Below, piece after piece: positions 52,639 through 64,000 of a stretch of DNA of 64,000 bases. A program made the position numbers and the translations under genes. Position 1 is the first letter of the stretch. The number at the start of each line of letters is the position of its first letter. Below the pieces are notes generated by a model that had not been told where the DNA came from, searched no databases, and was given only the letters and a program-made list of their open reading frames with translations. Where the stretch lies: contig NC_043002.1 in NCBI RefSeq assembly GCF_006345805.1, positions 4,650,001-4,714,000 on the forward strand, given 5' to 3'. Source of the stretch: Octopus sinensis (taxonomy: Eukaryota).

Positions 52639-53996
52639 GATAGATAGTTTCATGCGTTAGCGATGCGAATCTAGTAGGTTTTTATAGCCCGCTTATGTCT
52701 CCTAGGAATATTCAGACTCTGAGCACATGACCAATTGAATTTAAAAACGTGTTATAAAAACCTCCTAAGACTAGCGTCTCCAGTGCATGGAGCTATTAGT
52801 TGCTCGTATCTTTATACATACATACATAATACATACATACATACAGAATAGATACATACACACTCATACACACATACACACACATATATATACACGAGAC
52901 GGAATGTTACATATGATAAACATCAAAAAACTAGCGCGGAAAACAATAAAGGAGCTCCTATGCTGCCTTGAAACCTCAATGAAGGGATCGAAGGAAGCAG
53001 AAGACAACCGAGAGGTATCAAATAAGTCAGCCAATGTCCTCTCTCCACCAGGTCTGATGGAGAGAATCAGAATCCAGCTGCTTTACCAACAGGCACGTTG
53101 AGCTTGCGTATAGCAGCAATTAGTATTTTTTTTCCAAAATATACGCAAATTATATTCATTTGGACGATCGCACCGATGATCTACGGACATTTATGTAAGT
53201 AAAATTACATAATATGTTAATAGTGAAACATGTATGCGAATAATCCATATTTTTATTGCTTCTTCTTTTGTCTTCCTCGATTACGTTTTGGTTGTTTTGC
53301 TAAAGTTTTCTTGGGAACATTTCTAAGTGGTAAGACCATAACGGATCTATTTCTAGCATAAGGGTATCCACATAGTGGTTTCCCTCTAATATGTGTATAT
53401 ATATACATATATATAAAGTATACATACATATATCTATATATCTATACCTACATATACATATATGGTTACGTCTACATATATATATACATATATATTGTAT
53501 GTGTTTATATAGGTATATGAACATATATGGGCATGCACATATATGTGTGTGGTATCTACTCACACATACAGCCCTCATACACTCACGCAACGCACACACA
53601 CACAGACACACCCACACAAGCGTTCACACTTATATTGCTTTGTTCTGTTCTTTCTCCAAACTTGAGAAAAAACAAAAAACCGGCACAATACCCTACTGTG
53701 ATTAACGAACAACACCACATCCAACAGGGTATTGAAATGTTATAGCAATACAAACAAACGACTTGAAGTGATATCACAGCACACATCACCACACAGACGA
53801 ACGAATAATTGTATGTAGACATATACGCGCGCACATGTGCATACATCATACATGTGTATATATATATATATTATATATATATATATATATACATATACAC
53901 ACACGTATTCATATTATATACACACAAGACATATTTGAACATACAGACTTTAGTCACCCACACACGCACATGCACTCATTCATGTGGGTCTATAAC

Positions 53997-54031
<35 letters not shown>

Positions 54032-54072
54032 AACAACAACAACAACAATAATAATAATAATAATAATAAAAA

Positions 54073-54103
<31 letters not shown>

Positions 54104-54375
54104 AATGATGATGATGATGATGATGATAATAATAATAACGGCTAACTAAACATTTGTCGTTTTTTTTCAATTGTTTTCTTCGTCATTAATTTTCGTTTCC
54201 TGGAGTTTACGTACAGATATTTCGTTGGAATTTTATTATATATTGATTCGTATACTAGTCTTTCTTCTCACATATACAGACTGTAAGATATATATATATA
54301 TATAATATATATAGAGAGAGAGAGATAGATAGATAGATAGATATGATAGAGAGATATAGAGATAGAGAGAGAGAA

Positions 54376-54415
<40 letters not shown>

Positions 54416-54699
54416 TACACACGCACACAGAGAAAACCTAAACACACACCCAGCCATATTTTCAACTTTTATCAGCATTCGATATTTCATTGTTATTCCA
54501 TATAGAAAGACTTAAAAGCATGTACACAAAATTCTGAAAACTCGTATCAATACAGTGAGTCGTTTTAAATATATGCGCAGACACAGAAGTACACACACAT
54601 ACACAGAAACGTGTGGAAACTCACACGCACGCTCGCATTCATGGCAATATTTGAGTAGATATTTATTCGTTTGATATACACATATATCCATCCACATCC

Positions 54700-54751
<52 letters not shown>

Positions 54752-54905
54752 ATATTTATATATATTTATTACATCTTTGTTTATAATATTAACCTTAAAG
54801 GTATTTTAATATGCTGCACATTTTTTGATGGAATTTCTTCTGTAAAAAAACTTCATCCTATATTAGTAGTATTATATACATACATCATATATATATATAT
54901 ATATA

Positions 54906-54936
<31 letters not shown>

Positions 54937-55279
54937 CCTTAAATCCTTAAAAATGTTTAGTAGCCCGAAGGCCGCGGCCATGCTGGGGCACCACCGCTGA
55001 TGAGCCACACTAGTTTGTGAATCCACCTCTGATACGTGGCACTTGATCAACAAGGGAGTTCGATGCTGGCGCCCGCATCCGTGTCTCCTGTCGTGAGGTA
55101 GGTTTCATCTGGGACTCCCAACAAAGGGATCCAGTTTAGTTTTAAAAAACCCACATCCACACCATGTAAGTCTCTCAGGCATTTAGGGAGGATGTTGAAA
55201 AGCTGTGGTCCTCTGAAACCCAAGCTGTTTTCATATCTGGACCTGTATTTTGATGGTGATGTTGGAATCCTTGGCACAT
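54937..55279 (-). mobile_element. CR1-group LINE 3' end inserted in (TA)n
   Basis: NSLGFRGPQLFNILPKCLRDL..GVPDE C-terminus, short 3' UTR and (tttaagga)n tail. Confidence 0.75.
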
Positions 55280-55324
55280 ACTACATACATATATATTATA
55301 TATATATAATCATATATATATGAT

Positions 55325-55358
<34 letters not shown>

Positions 55359-55468
55359 CTATATAATATATTATATATATATATATATTGATAAACTATA
55401 TAGATACACACCCGCACACATATTTGTTAAATATGTGTATGTATTTGTATATAGATATGCATGTATGA

Positions 55469-55511
<43 letters not shown>

Positions 55512-55683
55512 CATACATATATATATATATGTATATTTATTTATAAATATATAAGCGATATTCTTATATATAGGCACACCGTATGTACATACATCATATA
55601 TATATATGTATTTGTGCATATTTATACATATATACATACACACATACATAGATACATACATACACCCCGCCCATCTCTCTCTC

Positions 55684-55733
<50 letters not shown>

Positions 55734-55736
<3 letters not shown>

Positions 55737-57024
55737 GGTCATCCCATAAGTTCCGTCCGATTTTACCTTTATTAAAATTGAATGAAATTTAATAGTATTT
55801 TTGAATGTCTAATGCAATTAAAATTATTTTTATGCATTTGCGTACATTTAAACTAATTAGATATTATTTTACAGAATAATAGAATTAAAATTTCTTTGAT
55901 TAAAACCCCTTCTAACATGGAAGTAGCCAAAGAGCATTTGAGGCACATAATGCTTTATGAGTACGAAAAAGGAAACTCTGCAGCCGAAGCGACTCGAAAC
56001 ATACACTCAGTTTATGGCAAAGAATGCTTGAATGAAAGAACTTGCAGAAGCTGGTTTGAAAAATTCAGAAGTGGAGATTTCAGCCTTGAAGATGAAGATC
56101 GAACAGGACATCCAGTTGAGTTTGATGATAAGGTCCTTGAGGCATTACTTGAAGAAAATCCTGCATTATCTGTTGAAGAATTGGCAATAAAGCTTACTTC
56201 AAACCATATAACTGTTCATTGTCATCTTCAACAACTTGGAAAGATTCCTAAACTTGGAAAATGGTTGCCTCATGAATTGTCCGAAAGCAACCGCAAATCC
56301 CGAGTTAACATCTGCTCTTCTTTCCATCCTTGCAAACTCATTTCACTCTTTTTGGATAGACTTGTAACTGGTGACGAAAAATGGATCTTCTATTGAAATG
56401 TTAAACGTCGTAAACGGGTGCTTGGTAAAAGGGAAAAAGCTCAACCACAACCGAGAAGGGAACTTCATGAGAAAAAGGATTTTCTCTCTATCTGGTAAGA
56501 TTGCAAAGGACTAATTCACTTTTATTGTTACCACCTAATGCAACTATCAATGCTCAAGTCTACTGTCAGCAATTAGAGGGTTTGAACCAAGCTTTGAAGA
56601 AAAAACGACCCGCTTTAGTGAATCAAAAAGGAGTGATGTTTCATTTGGACAATGCGCAACCCCGAACTGCAAAGATCACATCACAGAAGATCAAAGAGCT
56701 TGGTTGGGAAAAAAATTTCTTCATCCACCTTATTCTTCCGAACTTGCTCCTCCAGACTAACATTTGTTTCGTAGTTTACAGAATCATTTGGGGGATATAA
56801 CTTTCGCAAGCCAGGAAGAGGTTAAAACTGACATTTCCGAGTTCTTCGCTTTGAAATCAAAAGAGTTTTACATTGATGGGATTTAAAAGCTTGTAAAATA
56901 GATGGAAGTAAGTCATGGATAATCAGGGAAAGTACATTGATGATTAAATTTCAATTAGATAAAACATTTGATCACTTGTTTTCTTTATTGAAAACTGGGA
57001 CAAAACCTATGAGATGTCCTGATA
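55734..57024 (+). mobile_element. Full-length (~1.3 kb) decayed mariner element
   Basis: Imperfect TIRs (ggtcatcccataagttccgtcc versus revcomp ggacatctcataggttttgtcc) with TA ends enclosing a transposase. Confidence 0.92.
55917..56947 (+). pseudogene. Mariner DD34D transposase pseudogene
   Basis: HTH N-terminus, WLPHEL, TGDEKW, HLDNA, PPYSSELAPPD*HL; stops and frameshifts. Confidence 0.92.
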
Positions 57025-57123
57025 GTAGATTGTCATGTGGTACATGAATATGTGGGGTGATTTGATCACTTAAATTGTGCATTTCTGTGTGTGTGTGTGT
57101 ATATATATATAATATATATATAT

Positions 57124-57159
<36 letters not shown>

Positions 57160-57519
57160 CACACACACGAGAAATGCACAAATTGATTTTGCATTCAATC
57201 CGCAGATTTCATCCATAGATAGACTAAACTATGTTGCAGGAGATTTATATAAGTCTCAAAATACCTGGGCTATAAAAGAAAGAATAAGGCAAACAGGGTT
57301 GCATCCGCAAAATCTAGTCAATAAGTGGCACAGTGAAGATCTCCAATGTATTCTAAAAATTCACAGTTTGTTCCCTGTAATGAATATATGCACCAGTGGT
57401 GTATGCTGGTAGTTGTATCGTGTTGTCACTCACAATGATATCAAATCTGAAGTAGGGGTGTAAGGAAAGTTTTTCATTTGGATTTGCGATTAAATTAACA
57501 AGTAAAGTTAATATATATA

Positions 57520-57689
57520 GGCGCAGGAGTGGCTGTGTGGTAAGTAGCTTGCTAACCAACCACATGGTTTCCGGGTTCAGTCCCACTGCGTGGCATCTTG
57601 GGCAAGTGTCTCTGCTATAGCCCCGGGCCGACCATGCCTTGTGAGTGGATTTGGTAGACGGAAACTGAAAGAAGCCTGTCGTATATATG

Positions 57690-57723
<34 letters not shown>

Positions 57724-57945
57724 TGTTTGGTGTGTCTGTGTTTTTGTCCCCCTAGCATTGCTTGGCTTGACAACCGATGCTTGTGTGTTTACGTCCCCGT
57801 CACTTAGCGGCTCGGCAAAAGAGACCGATAGAATAAGTACTGGGCTTACAAAAATAAGTCCTGGGGGTCGAGTTGCTCGATTAAAGGCGGTGCTCCAGCA
57901 TGGCCGCAGTCAAATGAATGAAACAAGTAATAGAGTAAAAGAGTA
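57520..57945 (+). mobile_element. Full-length family A SINE
   Basis: Matches the 36282 copy end to end. Confidence 0.88.
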
Positions 57946-58097
57946 AGAGTATTCATGATCAATTGTGCCATTTCCGATGGGTGTGCAGCGAAAACTTAGC
58001 ACGGCCAGGATACACCCCCCACCTAACATGCACACAATCACATGAGTGAATATAATACGCACGCATATAAAAATAATATTCAAATACTCTCTCTCTC

Positions 58098-58499
58098 TCT
58101 TTTACTCTTTTACTTGTTTCAGTCATTTGACTGCGGCCATGCTGGAGCACCGCCTTTAGTCGAGCAAATCGACCCCAGGACTTATTCGTTGTAAGCCCAG
58201 TACTTATTCTATCGGTCTCTTTTGCCGAACCGCTAAGTGACGGGGACGTAAACACACCAGCATCGTTGTCAAGCATGCTAGGGGACAAACACAGACACAC
58301 AAACACATATACACACATATATATATATACATATATACGACAGGCTTCTTTCAGTTTCCGTTTACCAAATCCACTCACAAGGCATTGGTCGGCCCGAGGC
58401 TATAGTAGAAGACACTTGCCCAAGATGCCACGCAGTGGGACTGAACCCGGAACCATGTGGTTGGTTAGCAAGCTACTTACCACACAGCCACTCCTGCGC
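58098..58499 (-). mobile_element. Full-length family A SINE, tail-to-tail with 57520
   Basis: Reverse-complement match. Confidence 0.88.
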
Positions 58500-58517
58500 C
58501 ACACAGCCACTCCTGCG

Positions 58518-58735
58518 TGGAGGCGCAATGGCCCAGTGGTTAGGGCAGCGGACTTGCGGTCGGAGGATCGCGGTTTCGATTCCCAGACCGGGCGTTGTGT
58601 GTGTTTATTGAGCGAAAACACCTAAAAGCTCCACGAGGCTCCGGCAGGGGATGGTGGTGATCCCTGCTGTACTCTTTCACCACTCTAAAGGCGGTGCTCC
58701 AGCATGGCCGCAGTCAAGTGACTGAAACAAGTACA
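58518..58735 (+). mobile_element. Family B head joined to family A/CR1-type tail
   Basis: B head to ~58685, then aaggcggtgctccagcatggccgcagtcaagtgactgaaacaag and an A-run. Confidence 0.75.
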
Positions 58736-58964
58736 AAAAAAAAATGCACATAATCGTATACTGAAGAAAGATATACTGTTAATAAATGAGAGTAAATAAA
58801 GCCATTCGTATACACCAACACACATGCATATCTGACAGATTCATAAATGCATGGAAATGTTTTAACTAACAAAAAAAAAGCAACAAAAAAACCTCACAGG
58901 AAATCCATCGTTATTTTGTTAGTGACCGACTTGAATTCTGGGAAGAACTGAAATAATCTCAAAG

Positions 58965-60070
58965 AAATCCATCAAACCATCCATGTGTCCATCCATCCAT
59001 CCATCCATGTGTCCATCCATCTATCCATGTGTCTATCCATCCATGTGTCCATCCATCCATCCATCCATGTGTCCATCCATGTGTCCATCCATCCATCCAT
59101 GTGTCTATCCATCCATCCATGTGTCCATGCATGTGTCTATCCAACCATCCATGTGTCTATCCAACCATCCATGTGTCTATCCAACCATCCATGTGTCTAT
59201 CCAACCATCCATGTGTCTATCCAACCATCAATGTGTCCTTCCATCCAACCATGTGTCCATCCATCCATCTCCATCCATCCATGTTTCCATCCATCCATCC
59301 ATCCATCCATCCATCCATCCATGTGTCTATCCAACCATCCATGTGTCCATCCATCCATCCATCCATCCATCCATCGTGTCTATCCATCCATCCATGTGTC
59401 CATCCATCCATCTATCCATCCATGTGTCCATCCATCCATCCATGTGTCCATCCATCCATCCATGTGTCCATCCATCTATCCATGTGTCTATCCATCCATG
59501 TTTCCATCCATCCATCTATCCATCCATCCATGTGTCCATCCATCCATCCATGTGTCCATCCATCTATCCATGTGTCTATCCATCCATCCATGTGTCCATC
59601 CATCCATCCATGTGTCCATCCATCTATCCATGTGTCTATCCATCCATGTTTCTATCCATCCATCTATCCATCCATCCATGTGTCCATCCATCCATCCATG
59701 TGTCCATCCATCTATCCATGTGTCTATCCATCCATGTTTCCATCCATCCATCCATCTATCTATCCATCCATGTGTCCATCCATCCATCCATCTATCCATC
59801 CATCCATGTGTCCATCCATCCATCCATGTGTCCATCCATCCATGTGTCCATCCATCCATCCATGTGTCCATCCATCCATCCATGTGTCTATCCATCTATC
59901 CATGTGTCTATCCATCCATGTTTCCATCCATCCATCTATCCATCCATCCATGTGTCCATCCATCCATCCATCCATGTGTCCATCCATCCATCCATGTGTC
60001 CATCCATCTATCCATGTGTCTATCCATCCATGTTTCCATCCATCCATCTATCCATCCATCCATGTGTCCA
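58965..60070. repeat. ~1.1 kb (CCAT)n-based satellite with GTGT/CTAT/GTTT interruptions
   Basis: Directly visible; explains the three 380-450 aa overlapping ORFs. Confidence 0.95.
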
Positions 60071-60688
60071 ACCATCTTTTCTTCCTTCCTTCCTCCGTCC
60101 GTCCGTCTGTCCAGCTCTCCGCTTTCTATTTTTACATATTACATATTGCCTACTTAGGGATTGTATCAAGGTTATAAATTTTTATTGGTATCTACTATCC
60201 ATAAATAGACTACATACATACACACACACAAAAACATACATACATATATACATACATACATACATACATACATACATACATACATACATACATACATACA
60301 TACATACATACATACATACATAGGAAGCATGCATACTATTCACACACGCTCACACATACACACATTGCGTTACACGTCAGCCTCTAACAAAGCCAGCAAC
60401 GAGATTTTTTTCTTCCTTTCAGTTCTTCCGTATTTCCCTTCACCATCTCTTTCGAACCAAAAACACATGCGTTAGACCAGCTGTGGGATAAGATAACAGC
60501 CACTGCAGAGCTCCCCTGCCGTTCGGATGGAGAGCGACGTTTATTGTCAATATCCTAACTATTTGTTATGTTATCTACAACCAACGATTAACGAGATATT
60601 CACTTACAGAGGCCGGATACGCTTCATTCGACAGGTTGTTTGGGGTGTGCACATTATATATATATATATAAATACATATATTATATAT

Positions 60689-60788
<100 letters not shown>

Positions 60789-60865
60789 CAATATATATAC
60801 TATAATACACATATATATATTATATATATACATACACACATGTATACATACATACATACATATAT

Positions 60866-61078
60866 GTGGCGGCGCAATGGCCCAGTGGTTAGGGCAGCGG
60901 ACTCGCAGTTGTAGGATCGCGGTTTCGATTCCCAGACCGGGCGCTGTGAGTGTTTATTGAGCGAAAATACCTAAAGTTCCACGACGCTCCAGCAGGGGGT
61001 GGTGGCCATTCCTGCTGTACTCTTTCGCCACAACTTTCTCTCACTCTTTCTTCTGTTGGCCTGCTCGCTTAGCCAGTG
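60866..61078 (+). mobile_element. Family B SINE, truncated 3' module
   Basis: Head as at 27645; diverges after ctcactctttctt. Confidence 0.8.
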
Positions 61079-61099
61079 TAACCTGGCTACTGGACTTGC

Positions 61100-61815
61100 A
61101 AACTCTTTATCATTGGTCCACTGTATCCAAAAGGCAACTGACTTCCACAACAGAGCAAACATTTTCTTGTGATTCCACACAATATCTAACCGGTTATGTT
61201 TCAATTTGGTGGCTGGTTAGTTCCACCAATATTCTCTTAACCTACCACTCTCAATGTTATTAGCTTCGCTTCGTTTGTTGGTATTTTCTTCTTTTATCAT
61301 ATTGTTCTGGTCACCACATCATACCGCATGGGAAGATAATATATAGAAGAAATTCTCTTACAGTTAGCAATAATATGGTCGATATCTTCAGTCTTAGATT
61401 TGCACAGCTGATGTCTGTCAATGTTTTCTTCCCTTTATGCTGCAAGCAATTAGTGGGGATCTCTAGTTCTTGAATTGCATGGAAGTAGCCTTCATTTCTT
61501 TCCATGGTTTGTGTTTTTCGTGCGAAGTACACTTTCATTATTTTCCAAGTTAATTGCACCATTTAAAAAAGAGTTACATAAAATCAACCAATACTCCTTG
61601 GAGAAACATCTCTATCAGCTCTTATTTCAAGCTACTTCTCAAGTTCACCAGCAATCCTAATTATGTTGTCAACTTCGTGGCCGCAAACCTCAGCAAGATA
61701 GTTATTGGCTTCTTTCCTCTACTGCAGGTGTTACTTCACAGTTCCAATACGTGCTTCATATGATATCAACACAGATTTGAGACCGCGACAACCATCCTTG
61801 CGTGGGATTATTGAA
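61100..61815 (-). mobile_element. R4/Dong-like RLE non-LTR retrotransposon C-terminal fragment
   Basis: IPRKDGCRGL, EGYFHAIQE, C..EDIDHIIANC zinc knuckle, MRYDVV (RHD/N motif), KHNRLDIV..VVEVSC (PD-D/E). Confidence 0.8.
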
Positions 61816-63461
61816 CCGGGAGCTTTAGTAACATTGAGTAGCACACGAATTCGTACGTCTGTCTCGTTGAACACTTGCAGTGACCAATTTAGAAGGCTAG
61901 ATATCAGTGTGAGGATCGGCACTGTAAAAGTGTATGCGTGTTTGAGTATTTGTGCGTGTGTTTGTTTGTGTATGTTAATATATGCGTGTAACTCTGTACG
62001 TAAACGTAACGTAGTGTATGTATGTTTGTGTGTATAACTTTATATATTACTGCAGGAAAATAGTAAGGTCTACCAAATCAGGTTATGGAGACTTAAAGGT
62101 ATACGGGGGCACCGATACCGCAAAAAGAATGCGATCAAATTAAATCTTGTATTTAGTCCGAAGCTCAAGCTCTCCATATCTTATTGCTTTGGTCTTTTGT
62201 GTTTCTTCCAATGTAATTCTTTTGAAATACACATACATACGGCCAGAGTTGACATGAGAAGGAACAACAAAAACAAGAACGACGATGACGAGCACGATGA
62301 CGACAACTTCAGTAACATGGGAGCCAATATGGGAACCTCTGTGGCGTCACTCATTCTGCTAGAAATGTCAACCAAATATTCTTTAAATAACATCCGATCA
62401 TTTTTTATAAAAAGGCAAGGACACATTCGATGATGTAAACCATCGTGTCAATAAAAAGGACAAGATGATCACGATTGGAGCGCCTCTGATCATGGACCTG
62501 CTCGATCAGGATTGGTCTGGGACAAAACAGTAACAACAGCACCAGCTGTATGAAGATCAATAACGGCAACAAAGATTGTATCACCACAATGATAGCTCAT
62601 CTCTTTCAGAGCTACAAGATATTTCAGTTTCATCCATAGCGCAAAGTCAAACGAGATCCTCCTCCTCCTCCTCCTCCTCCTCACCTCCTCCTCCTCCCCT
62701 CCTCCGCTACTACTACTACTACTACTGTAGACATCCAAAATCCCTTTCCCCTAAAATGACTACCCAAATGATGTTATTCCTAACACTTCTGCACTTCTCC
62801 CCTGATCTACAGATAGGCTGTTTGCTCTTTGGTTTTTTCCTATCAATACTGCAATGATGTCTGTTCCTCAAATGGTTGCTGTTGCGTCACTTCCTCTCAA
62901 ACTCTTTCGACTCACTCATTTTCCTTCTTTCATCACTCATATTTGGCTTAGAGTCCGCGCTAAAAGCTACACTGAGTCCTAATTTTCCAGAACTCTATTC
63001 CTGTCGAATCTCTTCCATGTCCACACCTGCAGCTATTGAAAAAAACAAAAAAACAAAACAGCAACAGCAACAACAACAACAAAAAAACTACCAGTTGTGT
63101 CCATCTCGAAGGCCTTGGACAGCAGTCGAAGGTCATGGGCCCTCCAAACACACAAAAACCTCCACTACAATTCCATTGTAACGAATGTGTACAAATACAC
63201 GGAGTCAGGTATTATATTGTCATAACACATTTCGCTAATAGAAATACTGACAACTATTCGATATTAATTATTGATTTCTTTCAAACTCACATGTAAATCA
63301 GACTAACAGAGCCAGGTGTAATGGGATTAAACTATAGTCGTAGCTTTGTCAAGAACATTAGTAGCGTCAGGGAAGCAAAAGCGGTACGAGCAACTATAGA
63401 TTTCTTTCAATCTGACGAATGTGCCAATGACGTCACTGGACATACTTAGCAAAATATTAAC

Positions 63462-64000
63462 ATTACGTTCTGAGTTCAAATTCCGCCGAGGTCGACTTTG
63501 CTTTTCATCCTTTCGGGGTCGATAAATTAAGTACCAATTTCGCATCGGGGTCGATGTAATCGACTTAATCCCTTTGTCTGTCCTTGTTTGTCCCCTCTGT
63601 GTTTAGCTCCTTGTGGGTAGTAAAGAAATAGGTATTTCGTCTGCCGTTACGTTCTGAGTTCAAATTCTGCCGAGGTCGACTTTGCTTTTCCTCCTTTCGG
63701 GGTCGATAAATTAAGTACCAGTTTCGCACTGGGGTCGATGCATTCGACTTAATCCCTTTGTCTGTCCTTGTTTGTCCCCTCTGTGTTTAGCTCCTTGTGG
63801 CTAGTAAAGAAATAGGTATTTCGTCTGCCGTTACGTTCTGAGTTCAAATTCTGCCGAGGTCGACTTTGTCTTTCATCCTTTCGGGGTCGATAAATTAAGT
63901 ACCAGTTTCGCACTGGGGTCTATGCAATCGACTTACTCCCTTTGTCTGTCCTTGTTTGTCCTCTCTGTGTTTAGCCCCTTGTGGGTAGTAAAGAAATAGA
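63462..64000 (+). mobile_element. Tandem array of headless family C SINE units (184 bp)
   Basis: Units restart at ggtatttcgtctgcc at 63631 and 63815. Confidence 0.9.

Noticed and set aside
54997-55030. CTGATGA hammerhead-like box
   Set aside because: No proper stem II/GAAA/stem III, and it lies antisense in a LINE 3' UTR.
58983-60323. Longest ORFs in the track (382-446 aa)
   Set aside because: Translations of a stop-free (CCAT)n satellite in all three frames.

Overview
AT-rich, microsatellite-saturated eukaryotic non-coding DNA. The SINE and simple-repeat content suggests an octopus/cephalopod genome (inference). No confident host gene is visible, apart from a possible first coding exon running off the left edge on the minus strand. 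Nearly all listed ORFs are simple-repeat translations. The window is a transposon graveyard. It holds a ~3.8 kb decayed L1/Tx1-clade LINE plus a second 3' fragment, both inside (TATC)n arrays; three mariner remnants, a maT-like (DD37D) remnant, a MULE remnant and a Helentron/DINE-like MITE; CR1-, RTE- and R4-type LINE fragments; a Penelope-like GIY-YIG fragment; and three tRNA-derived SINE families in many copies. The most notable items are two short hairpin insertions (46857-47194 and 49924-50195). Both have 12-bp TSDs, homologous end points, homologous N-terminal peptides and minimal hammerhead-like motifs whose 3-8 core pair covaries (G3-C8, U3-A8). Two SINE families share 3' tails with LINEs present in the same window. 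There is a 100-N scaffold gap and one ~840 bp palindrome that may be an assembly artefact.
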